Origin: Alphaproteobacteria bacterium
GTDB taxonomy: Bacteria > Pseudomonadota > Alphaproteobacteria > UBA7887
DNA length: 64,000 nt
Assembly: GCA_965216755.1 (NCBI GenBank)
Contig: CBDCGL010000011.1
Span: 3,232,001 to 3,296,000 of the forward strand
Reading direction: 5' to 3'
The translations under genes were made by a program, and so were the position numbers. Below are positions 10,191-20,731 of this stretch, piece by piece (the stretch's first letter is position 1; each line of letters opens with the position of its first letter). The notes beneath the pieces are model-generated. The model was given only the letters and a program-made list of their open reading frames with translations. It made no database searches and had not been told where the DNA came from.

Positions 10191-11720
10191 TTGGTCGCAC
10201 GGTGTAGCACGGTCGCATTACAAGGTGTCGGCGTGGTCGACGTCGACGTGCAAGTACAGTTGGCATCCGGCCTACCGGCCTTCACGGTCGTCGGCCTGCC
10301 GGACAAGGCGGTCGCCGAATCGCGCGAACGGGTGCGCGCCGCACTGGGTGCCATGGGACTGGCGTTGCCGCCAAAACGCATTACGGTCAACTTGGCGCCG
10401 GCCGGCCTGATCAAGGAAGGCAGTCACTATGATCTGCCCATTGCCATCGCCATCTTGGTCGCCATGGGCGCTTTGCCGGGCGACGAAGTCGCCGGATATG
10501 TGGCGCTCGGCGAACTGGCGCTCGACGGCCGCGTGCTTTCGGTGCCGGGCGTGCTGCCGGCGGCGATCAACGCCAGTGCCAGCGACCGCGGCGTGATCTG
10601 CCCGGCCGCCCAAGGCGGCGAAGCGGCGTGGGCCGCCGGCATCGAGATTTTGGCGCCCGAATCGTTGATTGCCCTGGTCAACCATTTCAAAGGCACGCAG
10701 GTGATATCGCCGCCTGCCCCGAAGATCGTCGATCGTCCGTGTATTTACGGCGACATGGCCGATATCAAGGGTCAGGAAACCGCCAAGCGCGCCTTGGAAG
10801 TGGCGGCGGCGGGCGGCCACAATGTGCTGTTCATCGGCCCACCGGGCGCGGGCAAGTCTATGCTCGCCGCCCGACTGCCGGGTCTTCTGCCGCCATTGCG
10901 CCCGGAAGAGGCTTTGCAGGTGACCATGATCGCCAGCGTTGCCGGCACACTGGCCGACGGCGGCTTGCTGCGCATCCGCCCCTTTCGCGACCCCCATCAC
11001 AGCGCCTCGAATGCAGCCATGATTGGCGGCGGTCCACGGGCCAAACCCGGCGAAGCCTCGTTGGCGCATTTGGGCGTGTTATTTCTCGACGAGCTGCCGG
11101 AGTTCGCGCGCCCTGTGCTGGAATCCCTGCGCCAGCCGCTGGAAACCGGCACGGTCACCATCGCCCGCGCGCATGCCCATGTGACATACCCCGCCCGTAT
11201 CCAGTTGGTCGCGGCGATGAACCCGTGCCGGTGCGGATATCTGGGTGATCCGGATCAAGCCTGTCGGCGGGCGCCCCATTGCGCGATCGACTATCAATCA
11301 AGGCTGTCCGGGCCGCTGTTGGATCGGATTGACCTTCACGTTGAAGTCCCTGCCCTGTCCGGCGCGGACTTGACACTGCCACCGGCCACCGAAGGTTCCG
11401 CCGAAATCGCCGCGCGCGTCGCCGCTGTCCGCGAACGCCAGGCGGCCCGCTACAACACTGACGGCGACGATAAAACACCGGCGCGCACCAATGCGGAAGC
11501 TGACGGCGACCTTTTGACCAAAGCCGCGACGCCTGATCCGGCCGGGCGTGAGTTGCTCGCCACGGCGGTCGACCGGTTGCATCTGTCCGCGCGCGGCTAT
11601 CATCGGGTGTTGCGGGTCGGCCGCACGTTGGCCGACCTGGATGGCGCAAGCGCGGTCGGCCGGCGCCACATCGCCGAGGCGCTAAGCTACCGGCGGATCC
11701 ACCCGCGCGCGTTTGCTTGA
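10191..11720 (+). CDS. comM: ComM/YifB Mg-chelatase-like AAA+ ATPase
   Basis: VGLPDKAVAESRERV, Walker A GPPGAGKS, LFLDELPEF, AMNPCRCG, SGPLLDRID, SARGYHR. TTG start at 10191. Confidence 0.93.
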   Translation: MVARCSTVALQGVGVVDVDVQVQLASGLPAFTVVGLPDKAVAESRERVRAALGAMGLALPPKRITVNLAPAGLIKEGSHYDLPIAIAILVAMGALPGDEVAGYVALGELALDGRVLSVPGVLPAAINASASDRGVICPAAQGGEAAWAAGIEILAPESLIALVNHFKGTQVISPPAPKIVDRPCIYGDMADIKGQETAKRALEVAAAGGHNVLFIGPPGAGKSMLAARLPGLLPPLRPEEALQVTMIASVAGTLADGGLLRIRPFRDPHHSASNAAMIGGGPRAKPGEASLAHLGVLFLDELPEFARPVLESLRQPLETGTVTIARAHAHVTYPARIQLVAAMNPCRCGYLGDPDQACRRAPHCAIDYQSRLSGPLLDRIDLHVEVPALSGADLTLPPATEGSAEIAARVAAVRERQAARYNTDGDDKTPARTNAEADGDLLTKAATPDPAGRELLATAVDRLHLSARGYHRVLRVGRTLADLDGASAVGRRHIAEALSYRRIHPRAFA

Positions 11721-11806
11721 GCGGGGCGGATCGAGGCGCCGCTCGCCTTCGACGGACAAGTGCATTACCCTTGCGCCCCCCTTGATCGCAAAGGACTTTG
11801 ATCGGC

Positions 11807-12418
11807 ATGAACCCCCTGCGCCTGGTCATTGCGAGCCTGTTTCTCGGCACCATGGTCGCGCCGGCCGTGGCGCAAGACACGCCGCAGGCGCGTCGGCCCG
11901 AGACGCTTGTGATCGATCCGCCCGCCGGCTGGCATGTCGCGTCGCGCAACCGTGAGCCGGCGATGTCGGTGGTGCACTATGTGCCCGCCGGCGAGGACGT
12001 GAACAATTGGACCGAGTCGATTCAGGCCCAGGTCTTCTATGAGATGACCCATTTCACGCCGGAGGATTTCCTGGCCAATCTGCGTCGGTTGTATGCCGAC
12101 GCATGCCAACCGCTGGATGCCAGTCCGGTTGAATCGCGGATCGCGCGCGGCTATGCGACCGCGGGCCAGGTCTTGCTGTGTGGCCAAACCGGCGCTGATC
12201 AGCCGCGCGGTGAAGTGGCTATGTTCAAGGTGATCTCGGGCGTCAAGGGGCTTTATGTCATTGTCCGGGAATGGCGCGGTGGCCCATTTGATGTTGCAAC
12301 GCCACCCTTGGATGACGACATCATGGCCGACTGGGTGAGCTTTTTCGGCACCGTCCAACTGTGCGACGACATCAACCCAGAGGCGCCATGTGAACTGACG
12401 CCGGCGCCGACCGAATAG
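11807..12418 (+). CDS. Hypothetical secreted protein with four cysteines
   Basis: Signal peptide ending AVA-Q, SD AAGGA, typical codon usage. No family recognised. Confidence 0.75.
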   Translation: MNPLRLVIASLFLGTMVAPAVAQDTPQARRPETLVIDPPAGWHVASRNREPAMSVVHYVPAGEDVNNWTESIQAQVFYEMTHFTPEDFLANLRRLYADACQPLDASPVESRIARGYATAGQVLLCGQTGADQPRGEVAMFKVISGVKGLYVIVREWRGGPFDVATPPLDDDIMADWVSFFGTVQLCDDINPEAPCELTPAPTE

Positions 12419-12427
12419 CCGTTTGGC

Positions 12428-12793
12428 CTATCGCTCCCGCGGTCGGATGCCGCCAAGGCGCCGGCCGCCCAGCACATGCATGTGGAAGTGCGGCACTTCT
12501 TGGCCGCCATCGGAACCCGTGTTGGTGACGGCCCGATAGCCGGACTCTGCCACGCCATGTTCGCGCGCGATTCGACCGACGGCGCGGAAGAAGGCCGCGA
12601 TCTCTGCGTCCGACGCGGTGGCGGTAAAATCATCCATTGATTCATAGGCGCCTTTCGGGATCACCAACACGTGCACGGGCGCCAGTTCAGCAATATCGTG
12701 AAATGCCAAGACATGCTCATCTTCATAGACCGTCTTGGCGGGAATTTCGCCGCGCAAGATCTTGGCAAAGACATTGTCGTGATCGTAGGCCAT
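12428..12793 (-). CDS. hinT: HIT-family nucleotide-binding protein
   Basis: NVFAKILRGEIP and histidine triad GQEVPHFHMHV. Confidence 0.92.
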   Translation of the reverse strand: MAYDHDNVFAKILRGEIPAKTVYEDEHVLAFHDIAELAPVHVLVIPKGAYESMDDFTATASDAEIAAFFRAVGRIAREHGVAESGYRAVTNTGSDGGQEVPHFHMHVLGGRRLGGIRPRER

Positions 12794-12829
12794 CGGGCTC
12801 CACTCCCTCTGCTGATGGCGCGCCGGGCG

Positions 12830-13192
12830 TCAGCCGCTCTGTCCGGTGCCCGGCGCGGCACCCCGCCGGCGTTTCTCATCCAAGCCCGAGACGCCTTCGC
12901 GCGCAGCCAACGCCGCCAACACATCTGCCGGCTTGATCCCTTGGTCCGCCCACATGATCATCAAGTGAAACAGCAAATCCGCGCTTTCCGCGATCACCGC
13001 GGCGCGATCCTTCGCGGTGGCCGCAATCACTGTTTCGATCGCTTCCTCGCCGACTTTTTGGGCGATCTTCGTGATACCCTGGGCGAATCGCCGGGCGACA
13101 TAAGATGTCTGCGGATCACCGTCTTTACGCGACTCGATGACCGCATAAAGGCGCGCGATGATCTCGGCGTCGGTGGGCGTGGAATCAGCCAT
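12830..13192 (-). CDS. hisE: Phosphoribosyl-ATP pyrophosphatase
   Basis: Motifs SYVA, KVGEEAIE, ESADLLFH. Confidence 0.96.
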   Translation of the reverse strand: MADSTPTDAEIIARLYAVIESRKDGDPQTSYVARRFAQGITKIAQKVGEEAIETVIAATAKDRAAVIAESADLLFHLMIMWADQGIKPADVLAALAAREGVSGLDEKRRRGAAPGTGQSG

Positions 13193-13568
13193 AGAGCGTG
13201 TCCGGATCCACCATTGGCGCGGCAATATCGACAAAGCCGCCATCGCGCGCGGCCCGGTAAAAGCAACTGCGGCGGCCGGTATGACAAGCGACGCCGGTCT
13301 GGTCGACCAAGGCCAAAGCCGTATCGCCGTCGCAATCCAAGCGCAACTCGACCAATCGTTGAACCTGGCCGGATTGTTCTCCCTTGCGCCACAGCCGGCC
13401 GCGACTGCGCGACCAGTAGCACAGGCGGCCGCTGGCTAAGGTTTCGTCCAATGCCGCGCGGTTCATCCACGCCATCATCAGCACCTCGCCCGTGTCGTGC
13501 TGCTGCGCGATCACCGGCAGCAGGCCGGCCTGATCAAACTTGACACGGTCTTTCACGTTCTCATTCAT
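13185..13568 (-). CDS. hisI: Phosphoribosyl-AMP cyclohydrolase
   Basis: YWSRSR..LWRKGEQSG, DCDGD, ACHTGRRSCF. Confidence 0.97.
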   Translation of the reverse strand: MNENVKDRVKFDQAGLLPVIAQQHDTGEVLMMAWMNRAALDETLASGRLCYWSRSRGRLWRKGEQSGQVQRLVELRLDCDGDTALALVDQTGVACHTGRRSCFYRAARDGGFVDIAAPMVDPDTLYG

Positions 13569-13614
13569 CGCTTTCTCTCTATGCCCGCAGCCTGCCACTA
13601 TAGCCGCTGGTCAC

Positions 13615-14373
13615 CTACATGCGCACCGGCACGCCATGGGCCCGCATGTGGGCTTTTGCTTCCGCGATCGCATAGGTGCCAAAATGAAATATCGATGCCG
13701 CCAAGACGGCGCTGGCATGGCCCTCTCGGACTCCGTCGACCAGATGATCGAGGGTGCCAACCCCGCCTGAAGCGATCACCGGAATGCGCACGGCGTCGGC
13801 AATCGCCCGGGTCAACGCGATGTCAAACCCCTGTTTGGTGCCGTCGCGATCCATCGAGGTCAGCAGGATTTCGCCGGCGCCATGGTTTTGCATGCGCCGT
13901 GCCCACCCGATCGCATCGATGCCCGTGCCGGTGCGTCCACCATGGGTGAAGATTTCGAACGTGTAGGGCCCGGTTTGCTTGGCATCGATCGCCACGACCA
14001 CACATTGCGAACCAAATTTGGTCGCCGCGTCACGGACAAAGTCCGGGTTTTTGACCGCCGCCGTGTTGATCGACACCTTGTCGGCGCCGGCCACCAGCAA
14101 GCGGCGAATGTCTTCCAGGCCGCGGACACCGCCGCCGATGGTCAGCGGCATGAAGCACTGCTCGGCAGTGTGGCGCGCGACGTCCAGAATAATATCGCGA
14201 TTGTCGCTGGACGCGGTGATATCGAGAAAACAGAGTTCATCGGCGCCTTCGCGGTCGTAAACCTTGGCTTGCGCCACCGGATCACCAGCGTCGACCAAAT
14301 TGACAAAGTTGACTCCCTTGACGACACGGCCGTCCTTGACGTCCAAACAGGGTATGACGCGCACCTTGAGCAT
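13615..14373 (-). CDS. hisF: Imidazole glycerol phosphate synthase, cyclase subunit
   Basis: [37 protein letters not shown]. Confidence 0.98.
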   Translation of the reverse strand: MLKVRVIPCLDVKDGRVVKGVNFVNLVDAGDPVAQAKVYDREGADELCFLDITASSDNRDIILDVARHTAEQCFMPLTIGGGVRGLEDIRRLLVAGADKVSINTAAVKNPDFVRDAATKFGSQCVVVAIDAKQTGPYTFEIFTHGGRTGTGIDAIGWARRMQNHGAGEILLTSMDRDGTKQGFDIALTRAIADAVRIPVIASGGVGTLDHLVDGVREGHASAVLAASIFHFGTYAIAEAKAHMRAHGVPVRM

Positions 14374-14381
14374 GGTCGTCG

Positions 14382-15110
14382 TTACGCGGCCACGGCGGCG
14401 GCCGGCGCGATGCCGCCATCATAAAGCGCGCGGCCGACGACGACGCCGGCCAGCCCCTGGTGAGCGCGGGCTTTCAGCGCGCGAATGTCATCCAACGCAC
14501 GCACCCCGCCCGACGCGATCACCGGTGTCGACAGCACCGCCGCCAACGCGGCTGTCGCCTCGACATTGACACCAACCATCGCCCCGTCGCGGCCGATATC
14601 GGTGTAGATGATCGCGGCGACACCGGCGTCTTCGAAACGCAACGCCACGTCATGCACGGACATTTCTGATTGCGCGGCCCAGCCCTCGGTGGCAACAAGG
14701 CCGTCGCGCGCGTCAATCCCAACCGCGACATGACCGGGGAAATGCCGACACGCAGCCTTGACCATTTCGGGTTCGCGCACCGCGACGGTTCCCAAGATTA
14801 CCCGCGCGACGCCACGGGCAAGCCAGTCTTCGATGCGCGCCAAATCGCGGACGCCGCCCCCCAACTGCACATTCATGGTGGTTGCCGACAGGATCGCCGC
14901 GACGGCATCGCTGTTGACCGGCGCGCCGGCAAAGGCGCCGTTCAGGTCGACCACATGAAGCCAGGTAAAGCCTGCGTCTTCAAAGACTTTGGCCTGTGCG
15001 GCCGGACTGTGCGAAAAGACCGTCGCCTGATCCATATCGCCGCGCAGCAAGCGCACGCAATCGCCGTCTTTCAAGTCGATCGCCGGATAGACCGTAAACA
15101 GTGCGGTCAT
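14382..15110 (-). CDS. hisA: ProFAR isomerase
   Basis: [31 protein letters not shown]. Confidence 0.97.
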   Translation of the reverse strand: MTALFTVYPAIDLKDGDCVRLLRGDMDQATVFSHSPAAQAKVFEDAGFTWLHVVDLNGAFAGAPVNSDAVAAILSATTMNVQLGGGVRDLARIEDWLARGVARVILGTVAVREPEMVKAACRHFPGHVAVGIDARDGLVATEGWAAQSEMSVHDVALRFEDAGVAAIIYTDIGRDGAMVGVNVEATAALAAVLSTPVIASGGVRALDDIRALKARAHQGLAGVVVGRALYDGGIAPAAAVAA

Positions 15111-15625
15111 ACCAGGTCTTTCACATAAAAATAGCCAGGGATCATCTGTTCATCGACCAGATGATATTTGTCCAAAGTGCCCCATCGGACATAGCCATTG
15201 CTTTCGTACAGCGCGATCGCCCGTTCCTGGGTGGCACGCACATCCAGGCGTATGACGCGGCGGTCTTGGGCGCGTGCCTCAGCCTCGACCGCGTCAAGCA
15301 ACGACTTGGCGAGCCCATGCCCGCGCGCCCAGGGTGCAACAAAATGAGTTTCGATGGCCGCGCTGAACGTGCCGACCTCAAAACTCGGCGCCGGCGTGAC
15401 CAACTGAACGCTGCCGGCGACGGTGCCGTCCAAGCGGCCCAGGAACAAGATCCGTTCGGGCACCACCAACACGCCCTTCCAATAGATTTCCAAGCGTTGC
15501 CGGGCTGGCGGACGTACCCAGCCGAAGCCGATGCCTTCGCGAATGGCGTCGACCGTGGCATCGCACAAATCGGCCAAATCGCCACGACTGAGCTGGCTTG
15601 CCTTCTCGACCGAGATCTCTGCCAT
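15107..15625 (-). CDS. GNAT-family acetyltransferase
   Basis: Acetyl-CoA motif [12 protein letters not shown] and [10 protein letters not shown]. Overlaps the hisH stop (TGATG) and the hisA start (ATGA). Confidence 0.9.
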   Translation of the reverse strand: MAEISVEKASQLSRGDLADLCDATVDAIREGIGFGWVRPPARQRLEIYWKGVLVVPERILFLGRLDGTVAGSVQLVTPAPSFEVGTFSAAIETHFVAPWARGHGLAKSLLDAVEAEARAQDRRVIRLDVRATQERAIALYESNGYVRWGTLDKYHLVDEQMIPGYFYVKDLV

Positions 15626-16266
15626 CACGGACTCCAACGCAGGAAATTGCGGATCACCTTCAAACCGACACGCTGACTCTTTTCGGGGTGAAACTGTGAT
15701 CCCACCATATTGTCGCGCGCGACCATGGCGACAATTGGCCCTTCATAGTCGACGGTCGCGATCACGGCCCGTTCGGCCGCCGCGGCAAATTGATAGCTGT
15801 GCACAAAATAGGCGTGATCTCCATCGGCGATATCTTCGACGATGGCATGGGGGCGCGCAATGCGCAGCGCGTTCCAGCCCATATGCGGCACCTTCAAGGC
15901 CGGATCGGACGGCACGATTTCGGTGACGTCGCCGTCGATCCAGCCGAAACCATCGTGATCGCCATGTTCATGACCGCGCGCAGCCATCAACTGCATGCCG
16001 ACACAGATGCCGAAAAATGGCCGCCCTTTCGCCCGCACCGATTCCTCTAACGCCGCGATCATGCCCGGCACCGCCGTCAGCCCGGCCAGGCAATCGGCGA
16101 ACGCGCCGACACCGGGCAAAACGATGCGTTCGGCGGTGCGCACGACCTCGGCATCGGCGGTGACCGTTATGGCTGTGTTCAGACCACTTTCCGACGCCGC
16201 ACGTTCGAACGCTTTCGCCGCCGATCGAAGGTTGCCTGAGCCATAATCAATAATCGCGACCGTCAC
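15625..16266 (-). CDS. hisH: IGP synthase glutaminase subunit
   Basis: [36 protein letters not shown]. Confidence 0.98.
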   Translation of the reverse strand: MTVAIIDYGSGNLRSAAKAFERAASESGLNTAITVTADAEVVRTAERIVLPGVGAFADCLAGLTAVPGMIAALEESVRAKGRPFFGICVGMQLMAARGHEHGDHDGFGWIDGDVTEIVPSDPALKVPHMGWNALRIARPHAIVEDIADGDHAYFVHSYQFAAAAERAVIATVDYEGPIVAMVARDNMVGSQFHPEKSQRVGLKVIRNFLRWSP

Positions 16267-16661
16267 GGCGCCAACGCGTCTTTGTTGGCGATCCGTACGC
16301 CGAGGCGATCGAAAAAGCGTTGTTCGGCGGCATCGCGATCGCTGCCGGCGGCCAAACCCAAATAGGCGTAGCCCTTGCGTGCCAGGTCGATACCGCGCAA
16401 ATCATTGCCATGAAATCCAATAATCGCGCCGATCGCCAAACTGACAGCCGCCGCGACCACTGGATTGACTTCAAGCGCGAGGCTGCCCCATTCAACGGCC
16501 ACGGCCAACGCCAACAGCCCCGCGGCCCACAACCACAAGCGATGATACAATGCCCACAGAAAGCCGAAAACGAACGCTGGCCAGCAGAAGCCTTCCTTCA
16601 CCGACACGATGTCCGCGACCATCGCACCGCCCGGCTTGGCATAGAACGTATAAATACGCAT
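16263..16661 (-). CDS. DUF2628-like membrane protein
   Basis: [17 protein letters not shown] with 2-3 hydrophobic segments, between hisB and hisH. Confidence 0.75.
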   Translation of the reverse strand: MRIYTFYAKPGGAMVADIVSVKEGFCWPAFVFGFLWALYHRLWLWAAGLLALAVAVEWGSLALEVNPVVAAAVSLAIGAIIGFHGNDLRGIDLARKGYAYLGLAAGSDRDAAEQRFFDRLGVRIANKDALAP

Positions 16662-16667
16662 GGGCCG

Positions 16668-17270
16668 TCACTCGTCGTCGTCGCCCAGCACGCCCTTGGT
16701 TGAGGGCACCTGGTCGGGGCTGCGCGAATCGATGCTGACCGCCGCCCGCAGCGCGCGCGCCAGCGCCTTGTAACACGATTCGACAATGTGGTGGTTGTTG
16801 GCGCCATAAAGGGTTTCGACATGGAGTGTCGCGCCGGCCGCCTGGGCGAAGGCGTGAAACCACTCCTTGAACAGCTCGGTGTCCATGTCGCCCAATTTCG
16901 GACGATCGAACGCCACATGCCAGACCAGGTAGGGGCGGTTCGACAAATCGATCGCGGCCCGGGTCAAGGTTTCGTCCATGGGGATCAATGCCGCGCCATA
17001 GCGCGCGATACCGGCGCGATCGCCCAGCGCTTGCGATATCGCCGAGCCGATGACAATGCCCGTATCTTCGGTGGTGTGATGAAAATCGATATGCAAGTCG
17101 CCTTCCGCGCGCGCAGTCAGATCGATCAGGCTGTGGCGCGACAGCTGTTCCAACATATGGTCAAGAAAGCCGATGCCGGTGGCGATGTCGTAGCGCCCGG
17201 CGCCGTCCAAATTGACCGTCGCCGTAATCCGCGTTTCGCGGGTTTTCCGTTCTACTGTCGCTTTGCGCAT
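16668..17270 (-). CDS. hisB: Imidazoleglycerol-phosphate dehydratase
   Basis: [40 protein letters not shown]. Confidence 0.98.
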   Translation of the reverse strand: MRKATVERKTRETRITATVNLDGAGRYDIATGIGFLDHMLEQLSRHSLIDLTARAEGDLHIDFHHTTEDTGIVIGSAISQALGDRAGIARYGAALIPMDETLTRAAIDLSNRPYLVWHVAFDRPKLGDMDTELFKEWFHAFAQAAGATLHVETLYGANNHHIVESCYKALARALRAAVSIDSRSPDQVPSTKGVLGDDDE

Positions 17271-17357
17271 GCCGCGGTTTCCTTGGCGATACAATCCGCG
17301 ACGGACGCATCCTGATGCGGATCATCGTTAGAATGATTCTTATGAAATGACGCCGGC

Positions 17358-17381
17358 GCGCCGCGCTGGCGGCGCTTTTTT
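17358..17381 (+). terminator. Orphan intrinsic terminator
   Basis: GCGCCGC-gctg-GCGGCGC followed by TTTTTT. No + strand gene lies upstream. Confidence 0.7.
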
Positions 17382-17435
17382 ACCAGCTGGGCGACGCCCG
17401 TGCCAGTGCGGCTGGCGAGCGGCGCCGCCTTCACT

Positions 17436-17465
17436 CTTGAACTAAGTGGCCGAAAGAACAAAATC
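17436..17465 (+). promoter_or_regulatory. Possible sigma32 promoter of hslVU
   Basis: CTTGAA followed by ACAAAAT at RpoH-like spacing. The -10 match is weak. Confidence 0.4.
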
Positions 17466-17597
17466 TAGCGCGGATTGCTCATGTGTCATCGACCCGTGCG
17501 ATCGCGCCGCCACGCCCAACCAGCCCGGTTTTGGGCCATACCGCACAGAACCATCACGAAGCCGGCACCACGCGGTATCGGACATTTGCGAGGAACA

Positions 17598-18164
17598 ATG
17601 CCCAACAATTCATCGAACACCTGGCACGGCACGACCATTTTGTCGGTCCGCAAAGGCAATCACGTCGTGGTCGCCGGCGATGGTCAGGTGAGCTATGGGG
17701 AAACCGTGATGAAATCGAATGCCCGCAAAGTGCGGCGGTTGGGTGAGGGCGGGAAAATACTGGGCGGATTTGCCGGTGCCACGGCCGATGCGTTTACCTT
17801 GTTCGAGCGGTTGGAAGGCAAACTTGAACAACATCCAGGACAATTGACCCGGGCCTGCGTTGAATTGGCCAAGGATTGGCGCACCGACCGCTACTTGCGA
17901 CGGCTGGAGGCAATCATGGCGGTGGCGGATACCGAAACATCGTTGATTTTGACCGGCAATGGCGATGTGCTTGAACCCGAGGATGGCTTGATCGGCATCG
18001 GCTCGGGCGGCAATTATGCCCTGGCCGCGGCCCGGGCTCTAATTGACATTAACGCGCTTGACGCCACGGCCGTGGCCAAAAAAGCGATGGCGATCGCCGC
18101 CGATATATGCGTTTACACCAATGATCGCCTGATCGTGGAAACGCTAGAGACCAAGCCAGGCTGA
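17598..18164 (+). CDS. hslV: ATP-dependent protease peptidase subunit
   Basis: [10 protein letters not shown] (catalytic Thr), [25 protein letters not shown]. Confidence 0.98.
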   Translation: MPNNSSNTWHGTTILSVRKGNHVVVAGDGQVSYGETVMKSNARKVRRLGEGGKILGGFAGATADAFTLFERLEGKLEQHPGQLTRACVELAKDWRTDRYLRRLEAIMAVADTETSLILTGNGDVLEPEDGLIGIGSGGNYALAAARALIDINALDATAVAKKAMAIAADICVYTNDRLIVETLETKPG

Positions 18165-18188
18165 TTTGACAAAACAAGAAGATAGAGA

Positions 18189-19499
<1,311 letters not shown>

Positions 19500-19508
19500 G
19501 CGGCACCG

Positions 19509-20060
19509 CTATCGCCTGCGCTTGAGCAAGACGTAGAGGGCGCCGTCGCCGCCATGCCTGGGCTGGGCCGGACAAGACGCCACGACGTGGTTGCGCAGGG
19601 GCGGTTGATTGAGCCAACGCGGCACCATGCCGCGCAAAACGCCGATATGGCCGTCGCGGCCGACGCCTTTGCCGGTAATGACCAACACACAGCGATGACC
19701 GGCATCGTGACTGGCGGCGATAAACCGGTTGAGGACAGCGTGCGCCTCAACCTGGGTGTGGTGATGCAGGTCGACACGGGCCGCGATCGGCCACTGGCCC
19801 CGGCGCAGACGCTGGGCGTTGCGCTTGTCGAGGCCCGGGATCGCCCCCCGACCCTGTTCGAACGCCGGCTCGACCGGTGCCGGCGGGGCGATCGGCGGGG
19901 TGGGTCGCCGCACGGAGCGCCGCGCTGGCGCCGCCGGGGGCTCCGCCGCCGACGGTTGTTTGGATTCTGGCTCAAGTCGTCGGTCCGCGCGTGTGGCATG
20001 GCGCCACAACGCCAGATCGTCGTCGCTGAGCACCGGACCCTTGCGGCGCGCGCTAGCCAT
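19509..20060 (-). CDS. Smr/MutS2-domain endonuclease
   Basis: VDLHHHT, VLVITGKG, LRGMVPRWL, HGGDGALYV. Start overlaps the lutC stop. Confidence 0.92.
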   Translation of the reverse strand: MASARRKGPVLSDDDLALWRHATRADRRLEPESKQPSAAEPPAAPARRSVRRPTPPIAPPAPVEPAFEQGRGAIPGLDKRNAQRLRRGQWPIAARVDLHHHTQVEAHAVLNRFIAASHDAGHRCVLVITGKGVGRDGHIGVLRGMVPRWLNQPPLRNHVVASCPAQPRHGGDGALYVLLKRRR

Positions 20061-20724
20061 CGGCATCCACCACCACCACATGGACGCGCCGTGGTCCGTG
20101 CGCGCCGCGCTCAATGGTCAATTCCAGATCGCCGGTGCATGACGGTCCGGTCACCAGGGTAAGCGCGCGCGGCAGACCCTCGTCGATCGCGCGGGTCCGG
20201 TCCCAGACATCGTTCAGCGACGCCCCGATACGGTTGGCCATCAGTACGGCGATGCTGGTGTCGGGCAACAGACTCGCCGCGGCAGGCGCGTTGGGCGCGG
20301 AATACATGACCAAGGAACCGGTTTCGGCAACACCGCCGAACGCCGCCGTCACGCCGACTGGATCCGCTGGCCCCGGCGGATCGCGGCGCACCGTCAAAAG
20401 CGGCGCTTCGTCCCACGGCACCGAATCCAAAAGCGGATCCGGCGCCCGCGCGATTTCCGCCGCCAGGTTGTGTTGGCTCAGATATGCGGCGATCGCGCCC
20501 GGTACATCATGCAAATCGCTGACCCGTGTCACCGTGGCTGTGACCGCTTCGGCCTTGGCGGTGAATTGATCGACGATCGCGCTCGCGGCAACACGCGCAT
20601 GGGTGGGGGCAGGACCGCGCGCCCGCTTGCCGATTCGTTGTTCGACAGCGGCTTGACGATCGCGATCGTTCGCCCTGCTTTTCAAGCTGCGACGGATCGC
20701 CCCCAAAATATCTTCGCGCGCCAT
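20053..20724 (-). CDS. lutC: Lactate utilization protein C (LUD domain)
   Basis: AETGSLV, SLLPD, TGPSCTGDLE, GAHGPR. Confidence 0.9.
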   Translation of the reverse strand: MAREDILGAIRRSLKSRANDRDRQAAVEQRIGKRARGPAPTHARVAASAIVDQFTAKAEAVTATVTRVSDLHDVPGAIAAYLSQHNLAAEIARAPDPLLDSVPWDEAPLLTVRRDPPGPADPVGVTAAFGGVAETGSLVMYSAPNAPAAASLLPDTSIAVLMANRIGASLNDVWDRTRAIDEGLPRALTLVTGPSCTGDLELTIERGAHGPRRVHVVVVDADG

Positions 20725-20731
20725 GCCCATG

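Noticed and set aside
20066-20081. MWWWW run suggesting a Trp leader peptide in front of smr
   Set aside because: It is an alternative frame of the lutC 3' end (HVVVVD codons); smr starts downstream.
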